Source: Macrostomum lignano
Taxonomy: Eukaryota
DNA: 64,000 nt
Assembly (NCBI GenBank): GCA_002269645.1
Contig: NIVC01001385.1
Coordinates: 1 to 64,000, forward strand
Reading direction: 5' to 3'
Shown: one piece after another, positions 63,143 through 64,000 of the stretch
Position numbering within the stretch: position 1 is the first letter of the stretch
Layout of the letters: the number at the start of each line of letters is the position of its first letter
Program-made: the position numbers and the translations under genes
The notes under the pieces: model-generated
The model's input: only the letters and a program-made list of their open reading frames with translations
Database searches by the model: none
What the model was told of the DNA's origin: nothing

Positions 63143-63599
63143 GTAACCATAACGTTAACTGATACTGACTGAAAAAGGTCAAGCAAACTTTTCGACTTGA
63201 AATGCATTGTAAGAATGCTAGAGAAAAAACTGACTGGTTGAATTCTGATTCTGAAATATATTGCATCATAACTGAATTGTAACTCCGATTTGAATTGAAA
63301 ATGCAGTGTGGAAGCGCAGCACCAGACTTGATTTAGATTGCGTAGTTACTGATACTGACTGACTAAGAAATTGATTATGTCATAACTGCTTCGTGTGATT
63401 TACTCTATGCTTGGAGTTTAAAGTGTTGAATTATATATAGCTCGTAAGTGCTAAATTTGATGTTATCAAAACGATGAGAGCTAGCCTGCAGTGAACAAAC
63501 TGAACTGCTAAATGCAGCGACGATGGTTCGAATTTTTAATAAAGTAGAATTTTTTTAATTGAAGCTTTTTAACGTCAGGAAAACCAAACGACTTTTAAA

Positions 63600-63795
63600 A
63601 AGAAGCATCATGTAAAAATCATGGAAGTGTCATGTAAAAATCATAGAAACGTCATGTAAACAATCATAGAAGCGTGATATAAAAATCATGGAAGCTTATG
63701 CAAAAAATTATAGAAGCGTCATTTTAAAAATCATAGAAGCATCATTTAAAGAATCATAGAAGCGTCGTGTTAAAAATCATGGAAGCTTCATGTAA
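63600..63795. repeat. Degenerate 21-22-bp repeat (aaaatcatagaagcgtcatgt)
   Basis: ~8 diverged copies. Confidence 0.85.
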
Positions 63796-64000
63796 ACTTT
63801 TGTGTTGACAGGTGCCGACATAAGAATATAGATCACGAAATAGATTTTTATGGTGCCTCATAACTGGTTGGGGCACTTGCTTGGGAGCGGGAACAGAAAA
63901 AGGCATGGAGCCAACAAAGACCAATAAGTATGTTATAACAAGAATAAGTATAATTATAAGTTATACTTATTGGTCTGTGGGAGCCAAGGCCTTGTATATA

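Overview
Eukaryotic (animal) genomic DNA, not prokaryotic: GT-AG introns, GC-rich exons, poly-Q tracts and very dense mini/microsatellites. The style suggests a free-living flatworm such as Macrostomum (inference only). Genes I could splice by hand: a secreted PAN-like/fibrinogen-domain protein (+, 2 exons), a rhodopsin-class peptide-receptor-like GPCR (-, 2 exons), an RFX transcription factor (-, 9 coding exons, ~830 aa), a ChaC-like gamma-glutamylcyclotransferase homolog (+, 3 exons), an orphan poly-Q/poly-P protein (+, 3 coding exons) and a RasGRP/CalDAG-GEF (-, 15 exons, ~728 aa). Two frameshifted cadherin-repeat exons are also present. Mobile DNA: a full-length frameshifted Ty3/Gypsy (Mag-like) LTR element, a solo LTR with a TSD, an internally deleted Tc1/IS630-like element, Helitron-like termini, a CORE-type SINE and a 2.2-kb TTAA-flanked foldback palindrome. 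Most notable: the foldback palindrome built from 151-bp tandem units, a ~2.2-kb CpG-free block at the 5' end of RFX, a ChaC homolog with Gln at the catalytic Glu position plus a basic C-terminal tail, a different minisatellite filling each long RFX intron, and a decayed minimal hammerhead ribozyme. No CRISPR array, rRNA or intact tRNA gene was seen. All coordinates were read by eye; repeat boundaries are approximate.
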